Source: Bilabrum cf. latius
Taxonomy: Eukaryota
Direction of reading: 5' to 3'
DNA length: 64,000 nucleotides
NCBI GenBank assembly: GCA_965178125.1
Contig: OZ237757.1
Coordinates: 496,001 to 560,000, forward strand
This document shows positions 36,801-49,500 of this stretch, in pieces (position 1 is the stretch's first letter; each line of letters opens with the position of its first letter). The notes beneath the pieces were generated by a model that saw only the letters and a list, made by a program, of their open reading frames with translations, did not search any database and was not told where the DNA came from. The position numbers were made by a program, and so were the translations under genes.

Positions 36801-39132
36801 CACCAGGGACGTGTGCGTGGTGGCATGTGAGCCGGCATGGGCCTGCGTGGGCGACAACTACTGTGCCGTGGGGTATGCCTCCAAGGCGCCCATGTACAGG
36901 TGCGGGTCCTGCGCGGACAACTTCTACAGGCGTGCAGGCGAGTGCGTGAAGTGCCCGGACAACCCATGGATCCTGATCGTGGCCTTCGTGGCGATGGCGC
37001 TGTTCGCGTGTGGGTTCGGTTTCTGGCTGAACCAGTCCAAGATCAACATCGCGCTGATCGCCATCGGCGTGGACTACTTCCAGGTGCTGGCCATCTTCGC
37101 CAATGCACGCGTGCAGTGGCCGCGACTGATCAAGGACATGTTCCACATCTTGTCGGCCTTCAACTTGAACCTGGAGATCACGGCTCCCGAATGCACTGTG
37201 CCCGAGCTGGCGTTCCAGACGAAGTGGTACTTCATCATCCTGCTGCCCATCGCGGCGATGGTGATGGTGGTGGGTATGTACTTGATAGGCATGGTGTACG
37301 TGTGCGCCAAGAGCGGCAGGTGCAAGCAGCCCAAGGACAAGACCAAGGACGAGCTGGCCCCGCTGGTGGCGGGCGCCATCGTGCTGAGCCTGTTCCTGTA
37401 CCTGGTGACCACGCGATCAATCCTGGACGTCTTCAACTGCGTGCCCACCACGCCCCCGGACGGGCAGCTGTACATGCAAGCCGTGTTTGAGCCTTGCGGC
37501 AAGAAGGGCGGCGTGCAGCTGACGTTGCTGCCATTCGCCATCATCGCGCTGGGCGTGTACACGATCGGCTTCCCGGCATGGGTGTGCTTCATGCTGGTGA
37601 CGAGCCGCAAGACCATGCTGCTGGACCAGCTGATGAGGTCGATCGGCAAGGGCAACGACATCAACTCGGACTGGCCCGAGGATGTGCAGGCGTCGTGCCA
37701 GTTCAGGCAGCGGTACCAGCGTCTGTACTACTACTTCAAGCCCGAGTACTACTGGTGGATCGTGACCATTCTGGCGCGCAAGGCCCTGATTGCGTTCTGC
37801 TCGCTCTTCTTCAATACCAACGCATCCTTCCAGATGGCCGCCGTGAACATGGTGCTGTTCATGTGCTACACAGCCCAGGTGCGCATCAACCCGTACATGC
37901 CGCCCGCGGACTACGCTGAGGTGATCACGGGCTGGGCCCAGAGCGCGCTGGACGGGGCAGCCAAGGACGCCCGCACGCCAGGGCGGCTGGCCGTCAAGGA
38001 CATCGAGGGCGCCGCCAAGACTCGCAGCGAACAGGCGGGGCAGGCGTCGTCGCAGGCGGCCGGTGGCATGATCCGCGACTCGTCGGGCCGGGCTGTGACG
38101 GGCAGAGACGTGCACGGCGAGCTGTGGTTCAAGATCCGGGAGGTGATCCAGTCCCTGGATCGCCGGGACCAGCGCCGCTTTGGCACCACGCTGGCCAACG
38201 CAGGTTCGAGCAACGGCGGTCGGTAGGCGGGACAGACCGCCATCGGCGGACTGGGCACGAGCATCGGCGTGCTTGGCAACTCGCTCATGAACTGGAACAC
38301 CGTCGAGACTCTGCTGCTCTCGTGTGCTATCCTGGTGACTCTGGGCGGCATCATGCTCGAATCCGGGAGGCTGGACCAGGAGGGCGCCGAGGGCCAGCGG
38401 GACGCTCTGACCATCCTGCTGATGATGGTGATCATGGCATCGATCCTGTACTACTTCACGGTGCTGTTCACGGAGGTGTATGTCCTGGTGACGGACGCGC
38501 AGAGCCGCAAGGAGGCCCTCATCAAGAAATCCGAGAAGGCAAGGGCCGCCCGCAAGGCCTCGGCCAGTGCACCCAACGCGGCTGTGCTGGAGGAGGTGGA
38601 CATCGACACCACCGGTATGATGCACCAGAGCAACCCCGCCTTCAGCTCACAGCAGGGTCGCGACTCCCAGGCAGGCGGGCAGGCCATGGTGGGCCAGATC
38701 AAGGAGATCACCGGCCTCAAGAACATGAACGCTGACACCTGGAACCGCCTTCGCCCCCAGCTGGAGGACTTCGCCGGCAGGTTCGGCGAGATGAAGGAAG
38801 AGATTGATGCGCTGCGCAAGGACCTGGCTCGCGCCCAGGGCCGGAACAGCGTTATGGGCGCGGATCTGGGAGTTCTCGGCGGTGCAGCGGCTCGTCGAGA
38901 GTCCGTAGCCCAGGCTGCCGGATCTGGGTCCAACCCTCTACTGGCTGCACGCGGCTCCCGCCGCAGTTTTGCAGCGAAGGGGAGTGGCATGGGAGGCCGG
39001 CGAGCAAGCAAGGGCCTGCTTGCATCTGCACGAAAGGCCAGCTTCCGCACGCTGCAAACTGGAGCCGTGACTAGCAAGGCTGGTGCGGACGGAGGCAAGG
39101 CCGCCGGTGAGTCAGACAACAAAGAGCAGTGA
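24853..39132 (+). CDS. Giant multidomain surface receptor/adhesin, copy A, ~4693 aa (exons 24853-25084, 25173-25322, 25433-39132)
   Basis: Signal peptide, kelch repeats, three F-type-lectin/discoidin domains, sushi and FN3-like modules, ConA-like domains, cadherin repeats (LDYE, DVNEPP, DTNDAP), many IPT/TIG repeats, a Cys-rich stalk, ~9 TM helices and a coiled-coil tail. Nine listed ORFs lie in one frame, separated only by eight TAGs. Ends at TGA. Confidence 0.9.
25459..39114 (+). repeat. Left arm of a ~13.7-kb inverted repeat (pairs with ~40587-54227)
   Basis: The reverse complement of the right arm matches nearly base for base over long stretches, and translations of 600-1500 aa are almost identical. 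Boundaries are approximate. Confidence 0.95.
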
Positions 39133-39611
39133 TCGCATGTGATCTGGTGCCACATCCATTGCGCTGCATGTTTCTTGTGCCGCACTACGTCTAGCTCACA
39201 CTGCCATCTACACTTCTCATTGTGAATCTAAATGAGGGCCGTATCCGTGGCAGGCTTGACATGGGTGGCAAAATTGTTGTGATTAGCCTCGCGGTGAAAC
39301 GCTGCATTATCAGTTTTAACGTTGCTTTGCTCTTGTTTTATTAGCCTTACGTTGTATATTCTATATTAATATTTGTCATTCAATTCAAATATTCAGGCAA
39401 ATGGCCTCGGGCCGTCACCAGCATCCCGCTGCGGGCTGCGACTCCCCGACACGAGAAAATGACACATCAAACCTAGGATCTCGGCTGCTCCACAACGCTG
39501 TACGCGCTATTTACTCTGCAACACTTATGCGTTTGGGGCTCTGCCACTCTTTTTCGAATTAAGGAAGGTAAGTGTATTTACAATTTGTTGGCGTTCAAGC
39601 TGGTCGCACTA

Positions 39612-39802
39612 GTTGGTGAGGCAAGCAAGGTCTCAGAGATCCGAGGATTGAGGTTGCGCGCTGGGCACAGTACCCGCTCGAGACGCAGGATCAGATGCAA
39701 CGTAGCGACGGGGAGGAGAGAGAGCGCGTTTAAGGAGGCCAGGTTAGGGATGAAGAGCAAGAGCGGCGGCTAGGGATGGGCGAGGGGGGGGGGGGGATGA
39801 GG
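39612..39802 (+). repeat. Degenerate dispersed repeat, copy 1 (decayed coding fragment ending in poly-G)
   Basis: gttggtgaggcaagcaaggtctcagagat..attgaggttgcgcgctgggcacagtacccgctcgag..gcggcggc..poly-G-atgag aligns with 56904-57222. Confidence 0.75.
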
Positions 39803-40568
39803 GCGGAGTAGTGGAGGAGGAGATGAGTGATGGGGTCATCTGGTTGATACGGCGGATTAGAATGGAGAGGCACAAGGTGGGCAGGTGGGGTGAAGGCGTA
39901 TGCGTGTCGAGTGACTTGGATCAGGGAATCGGATCACCCGACCGCATGCAGATTAGGAATTTGGGAGGTCACAGTTAGACTTGAGCGGCAATCTAGCCGT
40001 GTGCTATTCGGGTGCTGAAGGGCAGCACTCGCCAGTTTTTGCTATTTTACCTCTCGCTCAACTATGGATCCAATGGCAGCATCGCGCTGAGCGTCGGACT
40101 GTTGCGACCGCCTGAGGACGGCCCAGGCTGGCAAAGAAACGCTCCCAATCCAAATATAACTCCGACGACACCGAACAGTAAATGGCATCGGAAACCTGGA
40201 CAGGCTATCCGGATGTTTGTGTTCTTGTTTTCGGTGGCGGATCCATTTCAGTCCGATGATTTCTTGCATTTGTGGAATAGGGAGCAGGGGGGGTCACTTT
40301 ATGGGACCTATCCTGATCTAGTCGGAAAAAACTTGGTAAAAAGTACAAATTAACAAAGCAAAAATGGTTTTCAAATCGTGAAGCAGGAAAGAGCCAGTCT
40401 AACTCCGCCCAGACTAAACAGCCTCGTTGTTTTGCCATCAACAGCAAGGATCTCCAAAGAACACTGTAGGATTCAGCTGGGGGATCAAGCCTAGGCAAGA
40501 ACTGCTATCATCTATCACTAACACATGCAAATTCATTTAGTCGATGAACTAAGAGGAATGTAATAGGA

Positions 40569-43500
40569 TCACCGCTCTTGACTATCGGACTCACCGGCGG
40601 CCTTGCCTCCGTCCGAACCAGTCACGGCTCCAGTTCGCAGCGTGCGGAAGCTGGCCTTTCGTGCAGATACAAGCAGACCCTTGCTTGCTCGCCGGCCTCC
40701 CATGCCACTCCCCTTCGCTGCAAAACTGCGGCGGGAGCCGCGTGCAGCCAGTAGAGGGTTGGACCCAGATCCGGCAGCCTGGGCTACGGACTCTCGACGA
40801 GCCGCTGCACCGCCGAGAACTCCCAGATCCGCGCCCATAACGCTGTTCCGGCCCTGGGCGCGAGCCAGGTCCTTGCGCAGCGCATCAATCTCTTCCTTCA
40901 TCTCGCCGAACCTGCCGGCGAAGTCCTCCAGCTGGGGGCGAAGGCGGTTCCAGGTGTCAGAGTCCATGTTCTTGAGGCCGGTGATCTCCTTGATCTGGCC
41001 CGCCATGGCCTGCCCGCCTGCCTGGGAGTCGCGACCCTGCTGTGAGCTGAAGGCGGGGTTGCTCTGGTGCGTCATACCGGTGGTGTCGATGTCCACCTCC
41101 TCCAGCACAGCCGCGTTGGGTGCACTGGCCGAGGCCTTGCGGGCGGCCCTTGCCTTCTCGGATTTCTTGATGAGGGCCTCCTTGCGGCTCTGCGCGTCCG
41201 TCACCAGGACATACACCTCCGTGAACAGCACCGTGAAGTAGTACAGGATCGATGCCATGATCACCATCATCAGCAGGATGGTCAGAGCGTCCCGCTGGCC
41301 CTCGGCGCCCTCCTGGTCCAGCCTCCCGGATTCGAGCATGATGCCGCCCAGAGTCACCAGGATAGCACACGAGAGCAGCAGAGTCTCGACGGTGTTCCAG
41401 TTCATGAGCGAGTTGCCAAGCACACCGATGCTCGTGCCCAGTCCGCCGATGGCGGTCTGTCCCGCCTACCGACCGCCGTTGCTCGAACCTGCGTTGGCCA
41501 GCGTGGTGCCAAAGCGGCGCTGGTCCCGGCGATCCAGGGACTGGATCACCTCCCGGATCTTGAACCACAGCTCGCCGTGCACGTCTCTGCCCGTCACAGC
41601 CCGGCCCGACGAGTCGCGGATCATGCCACCGGCCGCCTGCGACGACGCCTGCCCCGCCTGTTCGCTGCGAGTCTTGGCGGCGCCCTCGATGTCCTTGACG
41701 GCCAGCCGCCCTGGCGTGCGGGCGTCCTTGGCTGCCCCGTCCAGCGCGCTCTGGGCCCAGCCCGTGATCACCTCAGCGTAGTCCGCGGGCGGCATGTACG
41801 GGTTGATGCGCACCTGGGCTGTGTAGCACATGAACAGCACCATGTTCACGGCGGCCATCTGGAAGGATGCGTTGGTATTGAAGAAGAGCGAGCAGAACGC
41901 AATCAGGGCCTTGCGCGCCAGAATGGTCACGATCCACCAGTAGTACTCGGGCTTGAAGTAGTAGTACAGACGCTGGTACCGCTGCCTGAACTGGCACGAC
42001 GCCTGCACATCCTCGGGCCAGTCCGAGTTGATGTCGTTGCCCTTGCCGATCGACCTCATCAGCTGGTCCAGCAGCATGGTCTTGCGGCTCGTCACCAGCA
42101 TGAAGCACACCCATGCCGGGAAGCCGATCGTGTATACACCCAGCGCGATGATGGCGAATGGCAGCAACGTCAGCTGCACGCCGCCCTTCTTGCCGCAAGG
42201 CTCAAACACGGCTTGCATGTACAGCTGCCCGTCCGGGGGCGTGGTGGGCACGCAGTTGAAGACGTCCAGGATTGATCGCGTGGTCACCAGATACAGGAAC
42301 AGGCTCAGCACGATGGCGCCCGCCACCAGCGGGGCCAGCTCATCCTTGGTCTTGTCCTTGGGCTGCTTGCACCTACCGCTCTTGGCGCACACGTACACCA
42401 TGCCTATCAAGTACATACCCACCACCATCACCATCGCCGCGATGGGCAGCAGGATGATGAAGTACCACTTCGTCTGGAACGCCAGCTCGGGCACAGTGCA
42501 TTCGGGAGCCGTGATCTCCAGGTTCAGGTTGAAGGCAGACAGGATGTGGAACATGTCCTTGATCAGTCGCGGCCACTGCACGCGTGCATTGGCGAAGATG
42601 GCCAGCACCTGGAAGTAGTCCACGCCGATGGCGATCAGCGCGATGTTGATCTTGGACTGGTTCAGCCAGAAACCGAACCCACACGCGAACAGCGCCATCG
42701 CCACGAAGGCCACGATCAGGATCCATGGGTTGTCCGGGCACTTCACGCACTCGCCTGCACGCCTGTAGAAGTTGTCCGCGCAGGACCCACACCTGTACAT
42801 GGGCGCCTTGGAGGCATACCCCACGGCGCAGTAGTTGTCGCCCACGCAGGCCCATGCCGGCTCACATGCCACCACGCACACGTCCCTGGTGGGCACCTGC
42901 TTGCGGCTGGGGCACTCAGCGTCGGTCATGTTGCCGCTGAGACCGTCAGAGGAGTTGAGGTTGTAGAAGCCGCTCTGCGGACGCGGCGGCATGCTGCGCC
43001 GCACATCCGTGTCGTAGCCCGGGCAGTCCGCTCCTTGCGGGCATGGCAGGCAGAACTCCCCGTCCAACCCGAACTGGCCAGGTGCGCACACGAAGTGTAC
43101 CCCGCTCACTCCCTCTCTGGCGTCCAGCATGCCCACCTGGCCTGCCACTCGCAGCGTCACGTTCTTGTACCCCACTGTCAGTGCCTCGATCTCGCACTCC
43201 ACCTGCGTGGATGCCGGGTCTTCCAGCGGGTCATCCGTCACGGCTTGTCTGCCGCGATTGGTCTCCAGGCAGGTCACGCCCCCGATGGACGCACCCACGA
43301 AGCGCTCTGCATCGCTCCAGTTCTACCGCAGTGCCAGTGCAGGGTTGCCGAAGTTGCGGCCGAACATGTACACCATCTTGGTGGGGCCCTGCAGCGCGTC
43401 TGCCTGCCGCGGCGAGGACCCGGCCTCTTGTCGCAGCTCATCCAGCGCCTGTCCCCAAGCCTGCTCGCCGCTGTTGATGAACTCCGACAGAGGCTGCTGG

Positions 43501-46500
43501 GCCGCGTGCAGGATGGCATCAACGTCAGCAGTGCCAGTGCCACTGACGCCGGCGAACAGCTCCTCGACACGCCGCTGCACCTCTAGCAACACCTCCCGGT
43601 ACTGCTCCAGGTCCTGGCCAGACTCGAGGTACACGCGCGTGGGATCCGTGCGGTCGATCTCCGGCGCATCGTAGGAGAAGGCCCCGCGAGACTCGGATCG
43701 CTGCACGCCCGAGAAGCCCACGGCGCCGCTGCTTGCCCGGAGCTCGGCCACCGCCACGTCCACGACCTCCACTGCCACGTCCCTGCTCGCCCCGATCCCC
43801 TCGGGCACACGGAAGGTCACGAAGTCATGGTCGCGGTCTTCGATCACATAGTCGCACCCTGCTGTGCGTCCCAGCTGGGGCTTCAGACCCTCGGGAGACG
43901 TGGCATCTGTGATGCACGACCGGTAGAAGTCCACCACCAGGTATGACGTGGGCACGGCGGATGCCATGGACAGAGGCAGCGGGGACACAAAGCGACCCTG
44001 GGCCAGCTCCACGGCTTGACCCAACGATGAGACGTTGTGCTGCTTGGGACCGAAGTTGGCTCCATGCACCGTCACTAGGTACCCACCGATGGTGGGGCCG
44101 TTGGCGGGCACAACGGGCAGCACTTCCCTGATGCTTGGGGGGGCATACAGTAGGCGGGGCTGGTCCTGCGGGGTGGGCACCACAAGCGTGCGCCCGCCCA
44201 CAGACACCTGCAGATCCTTCTGGCCCACGCCCTCGGGCAGCTCGAACGTGATGCGGTCGTGCGTGTGCACCACCACCGTCCATGCCGGCACCTCGCCCTC
44301 TCCGGGGAAGCCCTCCATGCCGTCGCACACCAGAGAAAGACCCGTGTTGCGCGTGGACTGCGCCAGGAACACGCACAGCTGGGGATCACCCACCGCCCCC
44401 CTGCGGCCCAGGTTCTGACCGAACAGCGTCACGTGGGCCGCTGCTGGGTACATCATGTCCAGGCCGTTGGGACGACCTCCTCTGGTGGGAGCCCCGGTCA
44501 CCTGCAGACTTCCAGTCGATAAAGATGCGAACTGTACCACCGGTCCGATGGTGGCGCGCACCGTGGCGTTTGGCACATGCCGGACCAAGCCAGTATCTAG
44601 CCACACGGCCTGAGCCCGCAGTAGCCCAGTGGGGTCGGCGTCGTCCTCGAACAGGTCATCCATCTCGTCCAGCGCTGACATGAAGGATGACGAGTGCCCA
44701 TGCAGAGCCACGGCGGTCACCACGGGCGCGTCATACGTCACCATGCCGCCAGCCTCGCCCACCAGCCCGGCCACCGTCACTCGAGCCGCCACGTTGGACC
44801 CGGCTCCTTCGGGCAGCATGCACTCCACCACCTCGTGCGACACTCGGGTTGCATTCGCACAGTCCACCCACTCCACCGCTCGACCGAACGCCTGCACGGC
44901 CCCTGCATTGTTGCTGGGCACGCCCAGCTCCACGCGGATGAACATGTCGATGCCATCGGCTTGGATCTGCCGCATGCTCGGGGTCTCGCCGAAGTTCGCT
45001 CCACGCACCAGCATAGTCACGCCGCCTGCGGTCGGCACCGAGTCGGTCTGCGCCGCGGGCTGCACGCTGACAATACTAGGCCGGATGTGCGAGTACTGCA
45101 GCAGGCCGCGCCGCACGTTGGCCAGCCGCACCGCCGTGGGACCGTCACCGGGCCGCCTTGGCACGATCCCGTCACCGCCGTCCGTGACACCTCCCACCTG
45201 GACGTCTTCCACATCCTCCGCCAGTACCATGGACTGCAGCCCCGCCTCCACATCCAGCACGAAGCCGGTCATCGTGTCGTTGTACTGCAGACCGTCGCCC
45301 TCACCCGCAGGCACGGGGATGATGAAGCACTCGTGCAGCGACGGCGTGCTGCCACCTGCAACAGCTGGCTGGCAGGCCAGTCGATTGACAGAAGAGGCAC
45401 TGTCCGGGTGTCCGTACGCGACGATGCCTTGCGTGCACGTGCTCATGTGCCCGTCGCCCAGTCGTACCAGCGGACACTGCGTCAGGTCCTGGCCCCGCAC
45501 CCGGATCCAGCCACCGCGAGTGGGCACCCGGACATCGCTCGCATCCAGCGCAACCCAGGCCCGCTGCCAGTGGGACTCCACGGGACTCGCGTCCGTGGGC
45601 TGGTCTCCGGACGCGCCGTCCGCCGGCATCCACACGTCCACAGCTGCCACGTACGGCTCGGCATATGCGAACGAGTCGTCGCCACTGGACAGCGCCCCAT
45701 CGCGGTCCACAAACACCCGGATGTCGTCCAGCGGCTCGGGCGTGGCGGGCGCCTCGGGGATCAGGAACGACACCTCGTACACGGCCTGCGTGCCCTGCTG
45801 GTTAGCCGCGGCGTCGATCACGTCAATCACGTGCGTTTGGATGTCGGACCCACTCGCACTCGCTTCCAGCCAGCGGCTCTCCAGCAGCGACCACACCCGG
45901 CAAGCAGTCACCGAGCTGGCGCTGGGCCCCACCAGCACCCTCACCTTCTTGGTCGTCTCCAGTCCGCCCACCACGATCGTGATGCCGTTGCCGTCCGCCG
46001 GCGTGCCATCTTCGGGCTGTTGGCCGGCCGTGGGCAGTCCGGTTGTGGTGCCCTGCAGCGCCGCGATGGAGGGCGCCAGCAGCTGCCAGGTCTCGCTGTC
46101 GGCGCGCTGCTCCATCGTGTCCACTGCCACGCCCAGCGCGCTCGTCATGCCCTGGTCCACCAACGACTGGGGCAGCGTGGCGCTCACCTGCACTTGTACA
46201 GATCCTGTCTGCTCGTTGGTGTAGGCCAAGATACGGTTGTGCGTGTGCGACCGCACCACAAGCGGATACCGCAGCAGAGGCAGCATAGACACGTCCGCCC
46301 GCAGCAGCCCCCTCGCGTCGCCGTCCTGGCGGAAGCCCCTTGGATCTGAGAATCCAGTCCCGATGATGAGCACCTGCAGCACGTCCGTGTCACTGCACGT
46401 GAACGGATCCCCTGGCCCGAAGGTGCAGTTTTGCTCTGCCGGGGTGTTCGCGCCTGACACGTAGCCCGGCTGTGTCCATGCAGGCCGGGTCACCACGAGT

Positions 46501-49500
46501 CGGTCGATGCTGGGAGCCTGGTAGGCGAAGATGGTGGCCGGGTCCTGCAGCAGAGACAGCGACTCCGGGTTGGGCGCGGACTGGGAGGCGTCCTCGCGGA
46601 CTGGGGCTACCCCCACCCTCACTGGGATGGCGAAACCGCCTCCATGCTCGGGGAGCGTAAATGCGATGGTCTGGCTGCCATCCTGATTGCGAATGGCAGA
46701 CGTCGGCTGCCGCACCTGACCCCCAAACAGCACCACGGGCCTGGACAGGCGATCCCTGAGGGGCACATTCCGCGTGGTCAGCCTCACGATCTGCGGGATG
46801 TCCTCGGGCGAGTGCGTGCTGCTGACTGCCGACGGCGCCATGGACACCAGTAAAGGCTTGGCGAAGTCGAATGTGGCGTCGGTCGAGGCGGGCGGGCTCG
46901 TGCTGCTGGACTGCCCGGCCACCACCACGCGGAAGAACGCATTCACGGCCCATCCCGGCTCCGTCACGATCTGGATCAGCGTGTGGGACACATGTGTCAC
47001 AGACACCGGCGTATATTCCGTGCCTGTGGGACCGTATGTGATGCTCTCCAGCGCGTTCGACACAGCCCCTGTCTCCTCGTCCACCAGCACCAAGTCAGGC
47101 GACCCGAAGCCAGTGCCGTGGATCTCCAACGTCTCGCCGCCGTCCACGTCTGCATCGGACACGCGCGCTCCTGCGCTGGTCCCTGGCCGCACCACCGCGG
47201 TCACCGCAGGCACCTCGTAGTTCGTGGTGGGGCTGCGGCTGGGCTGCGAGTCCACGACCACGGTCCAGGCCAGGGCACGACCGGCCCCCTGTGCTGTCCT
47301 GCACTCGATCGTGACGTGCGCCACCGTGAGCTGGCAGTCCACGGCCTGGAACGTGGTGGAGCCCACGCCCGCCACGGACAGGTCGTACGTCGCGTTGAGG
47401 GGCGTGTCGATTCCGGCGCCCATGGGCCCGAAGTTGTTGCCGTGCAGCACCACCACCTGCCCGCCGGGAGTCTCCGCACCAGACGCACCGTCGCCCTCGA
47501 ATGTGGCCAGCACGGGCTGCGCGTAGGCATGCGTGGTCTGTACCACATCGCTAGTGGACGCCTGCCCAGCCACGGCCAGGTTGAATTGCAGGTCCTTGCC
47601 AGTCCCTGGCAGCGTGCTGCACTCGATCTCCACATCGGCCTGCGACACCCTGCAGGTGGTAGTAGCATCATACCTAAGGTTGCCCGCGTCTGCAGGACCG
47701 TACAGCACCGACGACACGCTGCCCAGATTGGTCAGCTCCATGGGCCCGAAACCCGCGCCCACCAGCGTGAAGGACTGCCCGCCACGCGTGTCAGATCCGT
47801 CTGCGCCCAGCACGCGGTCCACGCGAGGTGGCGCATAGGATACGAACGCGATCGTGGTATTGGGACACACCAGGTCCCTGTCCAGCTAATCCACGGCATC
47901 GCTGCCCTCGTCCACAGTGGCAGCATAGCAGGTGCTGCCGTCTTGCGACTGGCCGTTCACAGACATGCTCAACACCAGGCCCCGCCCCACTCCCGCAGGC
48001 ATTGTGCAGTGCAGCAGTTTGTGCGCCATGGCCCCTGTCTCGGGCTTGCTGCAGCTGGCCATCTCGTACATGTATCCGCCCAGCGCCGCTCCCATACTGG
48101 TCACGGGGCTTTCCGGGGCATACGTCAGCCACACCCGCACGGCTTCCGAAGCAGGTCCGAAGTTATTGCCTCGCACCACCACGGTCTCACCGCCGGCCGT
48201 GGATAGCTGCCTCACGTCCTGCGAGCTGGACAGTCCCTCCACGCCTGTGATCTGCGGGAGTGCATACGAGAATCCGAACAGGTCCGCTTCAGTACCCTCA
48301 CCAGCCCCTGCCCCGGCATCGGCCTGCCCATCTGCACGCATGGACATGACAGTGAGCTCGGCCTCCTCGTTGATGGACATCATCCACTGCAGGTTGCTGC
48401 CCGAGCCCTCCTGCGTCATGCAGCGCACCGTGTCATGGCTCGTCTCGCCGGTCTCAAGCGAGCTGCTCACCTGGCAAGTCAGCTGCCCGCCTCGACCATC
48501 GCTGTACCGCACCGTCTGCTTGCCTGCAGGCCCCAGGTTCTCGCCTGACAGCACCACCTCCGTGCCTCCCTCGGTGGCCAGCGCCTGCGCGCTCTAGCTC
48601 ACAGCGGTCACGGTGGGGTCTCTGAAGTTGAGCCGCAGCTGAGATGCCTTGAAGGCCTCTTGTCCCTGCGCCTGCACGTGCACGTCAAATTCCCGGCCAT
48701 ATCCTTCGGGACTCATGCACTGGATCATCACAGAGTCCTTCACGATCGAGCAGCCGGTGAAATCCAGGCGGTCCGTGCCACCCTGTGGGTTTGTGCGAGT
48801 CACCCATGCACCCACGGTGTTGCTTGAAGACCCCAGTCCAGTGCCAGTAAAATTGCACACCACCCCACCCCGCGTGGGCATGCCGTCACCCTCGCAGGCC
48901 GCCTCGCGGATCACAGGAATGCTCGAGTCATTTGCAGCGATCACAAAGCGCACATCGCTCGTGGCCGTGGCTCCGAACCTGTCTCGCACCTCCACTTCCA
49001 ACACGTACTCTGCCCGCACCAGCACGCCCTGTGTGGACGCGTCCAAAGACAGGTACGGCGAGTAGTCGCTGGTGATTGACCACTGAGGACTGGGCACGGC
49101 TGTGACAGACACATTGCCCCTGTGGGCATCAATCGTGAACAGGTCCTGCCCACCCTCCTGCAAGACGACACCAGTGGTTTCCTGTGGAGTGCTGTCCGAG
49201 GCCTGCTGCCGGATGAGGGTCCCCTGCAGCGGGGAAGAGCCGCTGGCACCCTTGCTCGTGAATCGGAAGGACAGTTCGGAAGTGTAAAGGCCCTGGTCCT
49301 GGTCCACGGCCTGCACCGAAGGATCCATGGGAGCCCCGTCCATGCTCACAGCCACGTACTCATCCACGGTGAGGACCTGGGACTGAGGCAGACTCGAAGC
49401 TCCTGCACCACTGACGGTGTCTAGCTCGGGGGCATCGTTGGTGTCGTTGAGAGCCATGGTGATGAAGCTGGAGGCCGTGTTTCCCACGGTGTCCTCCACC

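Noticed and set aside
39578-39760. Minus-strand 'TLHLILRL' resembling the ubiquitin C-terminus
   Set aside because: There is no GG end and no other ubiquitin sequence. It is the antisense of the degenerate repeat.
40012-40353. 113-aa ORF in the palindrome spacer
   Set aside because: GTG start, atypical composition and no recognisable motifs, so it cannot be supported as a gene.
33235-46349. Long antisense and alternate-frame ORFs (e.g. 33235..34998, 33522..35063, 44629..46224, and elsewhere 3803..4978)
   Set aside because: These are shadows of GC-rich, codon-biased real genes on the other strand and carry no independent motifs.
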